NCBI RefSeq assembly: GCF_044704955.1
Contig: NC_091995.1
Location: 54,808,001 to 54,872,000 of the forward strand
Length of the DNA stretch: 64,000 bases
Direction: 5' to 3'
Origin: Pristiophorus japonicus
Taxonomy: Eukaryota
Shown one piece after another: positions 59,258-64,000 of this stretch. The notes under the pieces were generated by a model. It searched no databases. It worked only from the letters and a program-made list of their open reading frames with translations, and was not told the DNA's origin. The position numbers and the translations under genes were made by a program. Each line of letters starts with the position of its first letter. The first letter of the stretch is position 1.

Positions 59258-59404
59258 GATATACCCTATCTTTGTGTACGTGTTCCCTATCTGTGTGTAC
59301 AGGTACCCTAACTCTGTGTATATGTACCCTATTGTTGTGCACATGTTCCCTAGCTCTGTGTCCGTGTTCCCTATCTGTGTGTACATGTACCCTAACTCTG
59401 TACA
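59258..59404. repeat. 21-bp minisatellite, segment 5 (next to the b2m promoter)
   Basis: About 7 units of the same repeat. Confidence 0.8.
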
Positions 59405-59443
59405 GGCCTGTAACTATATGACTCTAGGCGTTGCTGCTCCCTT

Positions 59444-59454
59444 GCTTTCACTTT
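59444..59454. promoter_or_regulatory. ISRE / IRF element of the b2m promoter
   Basis: GCTTTCACTTT (AAAGTGAAAGC on -) matches the IRF-E consensus and lies just upstream of the SXY module, as in MHC class I and B2M promoters. Confidence 0.75.
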
Positions 59455-59483
59455 GACCGACCCACCCTCACTCTCCCGATTCA

Positions 59484-59547
59484 CAAACTGTTCTGAGGTC
59501 TTTTACCCGGTGACCGATGACTCGCTGCAGCAGAATATTGCCATTGG
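59484..59547 (+). promoter_or_regulatory. SXY module: putative S box CAAACTG (59484-90), X1-X2 CCCGGTGACCGATGACTCG (59506-24), Y box ATTGG (59543-47)
   Basis: X1 fits CCYAGNRACNGATG with one mismatch. X1-to-Y spacing is 20 bp and S-to-X spacing 15 bp, in the canonical range. The S box is the least certain part. Confidence 0.7.
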
Positions 59548-59553
59548 GTTAGT

Positions 59554-59637
59554 GGGCGGGGCGGAGCGCGGCCGGTCTTGCTGTGATTGGTGGCCCGGCG
59601 CTTGTTTGTTGCATTTCAGTCAGGAGCCCAGGAAGTG
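59554..59637 (+). promoter_or_regulatory. TATA-less, CpG-rich core promoter: GC box GGGCGGGGCGG (59554-64), second inverted CCAAT (59586-90), ETS-like CAGGAAGTG (59629-37)
   Basis: Direct motif matches, with CpG enrichment at ~59500-59810. Confidence 0.55.
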
Positions 59638-59715
59638 AGGAGCAGAAGGGATCGGAGCGGAGAGTGTGAAGCCGGAGCGGACCCTGAACTTGAGCCCGAG
59701 AGAGCTGCAGCCACC

Positions 59716-59764
59716 ATGCTGAACATCGCGATCTTCACCTCGGTCCTGGCCCTGTGCCTGGCGA
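59716..59764 (+). CDS. b2m: b2m exon 1 coding part (signal peptide)
   Basis: Hydrophobic leader MLNIAIFTSVLALCLA. Donor A|GTAAGT at 59765 is phase 1 and matches exon 2. Confidence 0.88.
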
Positions 59765-62700
59765 GTAAGTGAGCTCAGTGTTTGGGGGGCCCGGGGTCAG
59801 CGCGGAGTTTGGGAAAGAATGTAAACCAGATACGACCACAGTGCTCTTCCTCAGTCCCATTCCCCATCCACAGTGCCCTCTCCCTCAGTCCCATTACCCA
59901 TCCACAGTGCCCTCTCCCTCAGTCCCATTACCCATCCACAGTGCCCTCTCCCTCAGTCCCATTCCCCATCCACAGTGCCCTCTCCCTCAGTCCCATTACC
60001 CATCCACAGTGCCTTCTCCCTCAGTCCCATTACCCATCCACAGTGCCCTCTCCCTCAGTCCCATTCCCCATCCACAGTGCCCTCTCCCTCAGTCCCATTA
60101 CCCATCCACAGTGCCTTCTCCCTCAGTCCCATTACCCATCCACAGTGCTCTTCCTCAGTCCCATTACCCATCCACAGTGCCCTCTCCCTCAGTCCCATTC
60201 CCCATCCACAGTGCCCTCTCCCTCAGTCCCATTACCCATCCACAGTGCCTTCTCCCTCAGTCCCATTACCCATCCACAGTGCCCTCTCCCTCAGTCCCAT
60301 TACCCATCCACAGTGCCCTCTCCCTCAGCCCCATTACCCATCCACAGTGCTCTTCCTCAGTCCCATTACCCATCCACAGTGCCCTCTCCCTCAGTCCCAT
60401 TACCCATCCACAGTGCCCTCTCCCTCAGTCCCATTACCCATCCACAGTGCTCTTCCTCAGTCCCATTACCCATCCACAGTGCCCTCTCCCTCAGTCCCAT
60501 TCCCCAAGCACTGTGCCCTCTCCCTCAGTCCCATTGCCCATCCACAGTGCCCTCTCCCTCAGTCCCATTACCCATCCACTGTGCCCTCTCCCTCAGTCCC
60601 ATTCCCCATCCACAGTGCCCTCTCCCTCAGTCCCATTACCCATCCACAGTGCCCTATCCCTCAGTCCCATTACCCTTCCACTGTGCCCTCTCCCTCAGTC
60701 CCATTACCCATCCACTGTGCCCTCTCCCTCAGTCCCATTCCCCATCCACAGTGCCCTCTCCCTCAGTCCCATTACCCATCCACAGTGCCCTATCCCTCAG
60801 TCCCATTACCCATCCACTGTGCCCTCTCCCTCAGTCCCATTCCCCATCCACAGTGCCCTATCCCTCAGTCCCATTACCCATCCACAGTGCCCTCTCCCTC
60901 AGTCCCATTCCCCAAGCACTGTGCTCTCCCTCAGTCCCATTACCCATCTACAGTGCCCTCTCCCTCAGTCCCATTCCCCATCCACAGTGCCCTCTCCCTC
61001 AGTCCCATTACCCATCCACTGTGCCCTCTCCCTCAGTCCCATTACCCATCCACTGTGCCCTCTCCCTCAGTCCCATTGCCCATCCACTGTGCCCTCTCCC
61101 TCAGTCCCATTCCCCAAGCACTGTGCCCTCTCCCTCAGTCCCATTGCCCATCCACTGTGCCCTCTCCCTCAGTCCCATTGCCCATCCACTGTGCTCTCCT
61201 TTAGACTCAATCCTTCACAGCATAACAGTAGAATGAGCCTTGACACAGTGTAGGGAGCAGTGAATGAAGGTCACTACGTTTATAGCGAACAGGAATGGTG
61301 GAGGACCCCATTACTTATTGAAGGGGGTGCACTGTGGAAGGCTGATGTTTGGACAATACTTTATTGTCTCTCTCCAGATAATGTTCTGTTGAATTTACGA
61401 AGCCCCCATCCCCAGTACAGATTCCCCTGCCTGCTGATCGTAGCGACGGCGTAAGTGTGTTTGTGCAGTTGATGTGAGTTTGGTGCAAACAGTGAACAGG
61501 GAAGCCATAGCCAAGGGGGTGGGGTTTGTGCTGTTACGACACAGTGACCAGAGTTCTCCCATGAGAATTGCGCATTTCTTTCACCAGAACATTTCATTAT
61601 CTCCAAACTCCCCTTCACTTGCTCCAGGTAACAGTTCAACCTTTGACTTTCGTCTTCTCGCACTGTTTATTTTGTTTCCAGTATCCTGTACTTTTTGCCA
61701 CTTTCACACTGCTTTTTCACCCGTCTCTCTATCTTCTACTTTTGTTTCTGTTAAGTGTCTGTTGTCTCCATCATTGGGGCTCAGACCCCAGTCAGTGTCG
61801 GATATCTCCCAGTCCCAGTGTTTGTGAGTTCCCAGTCAGTGTAGGATATCTCCCAGTCCCAGTGTCTGGGATATCCCAGTTGGTGTAGGATATCTCCCAA
61901 TCCCAGTGTCTGGGATATCTCCCAGTCCCAGTGTCTGGGATATCCCAGTCAGTGTAGGATATCTCCCAGTCGCGGTGTCTGGGATATCCCAGTCAGTGTA
62001 GGATATCTCCCAGTCCTGGTGTTGGGATAGCCCACTCAGTGTAGGATCCCAGTCTCGGTATCTGGGAGTTCCCAGTCAGTGTTGACTAGTTCCTAGTCCC
62101 AGAGTCTGGGAGTTCCCATTCAGTGTTGGTGATGGATTGGAATCAGTTGCTGTTAAATTACACTCACTCTGTCCCTCCTGTGTCTCTAGATGCTCCACAA
62201 GTACATGTCTATACCTACACCCCCCCAAAGGAAGGTGAATCAAATGTTCTGCTGTGCCATGCCAAAGATTTCAGCCCACCCAACATCCAGCTGGAGCTGT
62301 TGGAGAATGGAATCATCATACCCAATGCCAACCAGTCTGACCTCTCCTTCGAGACAGACTGGAGCTTCAAGCTCACCACGTTTGTGCACTTTGTCCCCAA
62401 GAACAACGTGAAGTATGTCTGCAGGGTGCAACACAACGGCGACAGCAGAGAGTTTCAGCTGGGTGAGTAATGTGTCTGTTCATCATGGATAATGTACATC
62501 AATGCACAGTGCTCCCTCTCTCACTCTCCCTCTGTGATACCAAACTCCATCCAATACATAATGTGGTAAACACAGACTCCTCCTCAACTGAACATGTGAC
62601 AGTAATCCTCCATTAGATTGCAGCCTGTAACTCACTGCAGGTTTCCATTATTCAGTATATACACCATCTGATTCCCTCCACTGGATTCTGGCTTGTAACT

Positions 62701-63546
62701 CACTGCAGGTGTCCATTATTCAGTATATATGCCATTCTACGCCTCGATTTATATAAACCATCTGATTCCCTCCACTAGATTGCAGCCTGTAACTCACTAC
62801 AGGTGTCCATTATTCAGTATATACGCCATCTGAACCCCTTGGAAAATTAAATGTATACCTTTACCCTTGAATAAAGAGTATGTTTATTTGATATAACCTG
62901 CCCATGATCAGGTTAAACTGACCAAGTTCCTGTGGCTCAGTAGTTTCATGAAACCTTCAAGCTTTGAGCACAGCAAGATGCCACAAACAGTAATGTGATG
63001 GTGACCAGATGGGTGTTGGTTGAGGGCTAAATATCGGAGAGAATGTCCTTGGTCTTCAAAATAATGCTTTGGGATCTTTTAAGTCCACTTGAGAGGGCTC
63101 GGGGCTTCGGACTAATGTCTGATCCGAAAAATGGCACCTCCAACAAAGTAGCTCTCCCTCAGTACTGCACTCAAGTGTCAGCCTTGTTTCTGTGCTCCAG
63201 TCTCTGGAGTGGGGTTTGAATCCACAGCCATGTGACTGAGGCTAGAGTGCTACCCACTGAGCCTCGGCTAACATCTAAAATAATGTGCTGTGATACGTTG
63301 GCACTCTGGATAGAATCTCTGTACAGTGCTTGCGAAGGTGCTGACCTATACACCTAACTCATTTACCTTGGCAGGTTTCTTTCAGGGATAACATTTTTGG
63401 GATACAGGGACATAATGTGTAGTGTGCTTGGGAGGAACGTTGGATTTATGGTTCCCAAAGTTCACCACCACTGGGTCTTTCCTCACCTCCTGTCTGGTCA
63501 CAGACTAATGACGTTTCTTTTTGTTTCTCCCACAGACAGCTACTAG
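59716..63546 (+). CDS. b2m: Beta-2-microglobulin, spliced CDS join(59716-59764,62190-62462,63536-63546), 110-aa precursor
   Basis: Kozak GCCACCATG and two phase-1 GT-AG introns give 333 nt in frame: MLNIAIFTSVLALCLA-NAPQVHVYTY..NVLLCHAKDFSPPNI..QSDLSFETDWSFKLT..YVCRVQH..FQLDSY*. Typical B2M layout of leader exon, C1 exon and tiny stop exon. Confidence 0.95.
59836..61199. repeat. 34-bp minisatellite, ~40 copies (CAGTGCCCTCTCCCTCAGTCCCATTACCCATCCA), in b2m intron 1
   Basis: Period of 34 bp (59871 to 59905) with some 32-bp variants. It explains the three overlapping Pro/Ser-rich ORFs with 34-aa periodicity. Confidence 0.95.
61785..62125. repeat. Dimeric 21/23-bp (~44-bp) minisatellite in b2m intron 1 containing NF-kB-consensus sites
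   Basis: Units CCCAGTCAGTGTAGGATATCT and CCCAGTCCCAGTGTCTGGGATAT. GGGATATCCC at 61868, 61937, 61981 and GGGAGTTCCC at 62064, 62108. Confidence 0.85.
62190..62462 (+). CDS. b2m: b2m exon 2 (Ig C1-set domain)
   Basis: Acceptor ..gtgtctctag|AT and donor G|GTGAGT at 62463. Both Ig cysteines and the B2M hallmark 'SDLSF..DWSF' are present. Confidence 0.97.
62607..62833. repeat. ~68-bp tandem repeat, 3 copies, in b2m intron 2
   Basis: TGTAACTCACT(G/A)CAGGT(T/G)TCCATTATTCAGTATATA recurs three times. Confidence 0.8.
62975..63265 (-). mobile_element. tRNA-derived Deu-domain SINE (SacSINE1-like), decayed
   Basis: On -: A-box-like GGCTCAGTGG and B-box-like GGATTCAAACC, then 'GTGCAGTACTGAGGGAG', 'AAAAGATCCCA' and 'ATATTTAGCCCTCAACCAACA' blocks that I recognise as typical of DeuSINEs. 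Confidence 0.7.
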
Positions 63547-63561
63547 CCTGTCACAGCCGAG
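63536..63561 (+). CDS. b2m: b2m exon 3 (26 nt; codes D-S-Y-stop at 63536-63546, the rest is 3' UTR)
   Basis: Strong acceptor tttctttttgtttctcccacag|AC, TAG at 63544-46, donor G|GTAAGC at 63562. Confidence 0.88.
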
Positions 63562-63733
63562 GTAAGCAGTGTCTCCCAGCACACAGCTGGTTACTGAAGG
63601 GACATGCTCCAGCACAACGTTCAAATGCCAGACCCTTTTTTCTTTGTGATTGGCTACCACTGGACACCACAGTGAGACTCTTAAACGAATCGACTGGGGG
63701 GCAAATCATCTTCAAATGTAAACTTTTAGCATG

Positions 63734-63743
63734 AATAAATAAA
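63734..63743 (+). terminator. Overlapping AATAAA hexamers, candidate poly(A) signal
   Basis: AATAAATAAA with GT-rich sequence downstream (~63780-63810). Confidence 0.35.
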
Positions 63744-64000
63744 CTGATACCGGCATTGATCTGATCCTTTAAACGACTTGTGTGATGGGAAGTAAGTTTG
63801 CTTTTGGTTCTGTAATCTCTGCAATTCTACGTGCTCATTTCTGAGATAGTTTTAGCTTCTTGTCCAGCTCAGCCTGTGAAATTTTGAAGTGCCGACTCAC
63901 TTGATTTGAAATTTGCCTCCACAAGGACCAGGTTACCCTTCAAATTAAAACATGAGCGAGAAAGGCCCAGTCAAACTCTCGGCCGAGAGATTGAAATGTC

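Noticed and set aside
45336-59456. Many short ORFs opposite or overlapping retroelement ORFs (e.g. 57135-57731 +, 49914-50402 +, 52596-53027 -)
   Set aside because: Antisense or alternate-frame shadows of LINE and Gypsy coding sequence, or of the 21-bp minisatellite.
59587-59715. N-terminal extension of exon 1 (ORF 59587-59772) and of exon 2 (ORF 62123-62470)
   Set aside because: The extensions begin at non-ATG starts in promoter, UTR or intron sequence. The Kozak ATG at 59716 and the acceptor at 62189 give a clean B2M.
59836-61199. Functional V(D)J recombination signals or an antigen-receptor locus
   Set aside because: Heptamers only, with no nonamers and no V, D or J segments.
59769-61253. 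Three overlapping 443-494 aa Pro/Ser-rich ORFs
   Set aside because: All are translations of the stop-free 34-bp intronic minisatellite.
61378-61450. Extra b2m exon (tctccag|..|gtaagt, 73 nt)
   Set aside because: Its length is not a multiple of 3, so it would frameshift exon 2, and the peptide is unlike B2M. At most a cryptic exon.
63195-63265. tRNA gene
   Set aside because: The A/B-box-like sequence is the decayed head of a SINE and runs straight into the SINE body, with no convincing cloverleaf.

Overview
Eukaryotic (vertebrate) DNA, most likely from a shark or other cartilaginous fish, judged by the shark-type beta-2-microglobulin protein and a Deu-domain SINE. The species cannot be fixed from the sequence alone. 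(1) Positions 1-45214 are a huge C/A-rich 19-bp satellite (GATCCCACTCACACCACCC, with 25-bp variants). It has ~3.3-3.5-kb and ~8-kb higher-order repeats and is broken once by a 439-bp unique island (13786-14224) carrying a perfect NF-kB site, an AP-1 site and a possible exon. (2) Positions 45215-59404 are a nested retroelement stack built inside one 21-bp minisatellite: a CR1/L2-like LINE, an RTE LINE, two long solo LTRs of one family, a Gypsy element with a second Gypsy inside it, and two CR1 LINEs. (3) Positions 59440-64000 hold the b2m gene (+). Its promoter has an ISRE, an S-X1X2-Y module, a GC box and a CCAAT box. Three coding exons (59716-59764, 62190-62462, 63536-63546) give a 110-aa precursor. 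Intron 1 carries a 34-bp minisatellite with a CACAGTG heptamer in each unit and a second minisatellite holding five NF-kB-consensus sites. The long His/Pro/Ser/Thr-rich ORFs are satellite artefacts. b2m is the only intact host gene I can support. The best candidates for something undescribed are the repeat-encoded or displaced NF-kB elements around b2m, the minisatellite that collects insertions, and the long LTR family with conserved splice sites.
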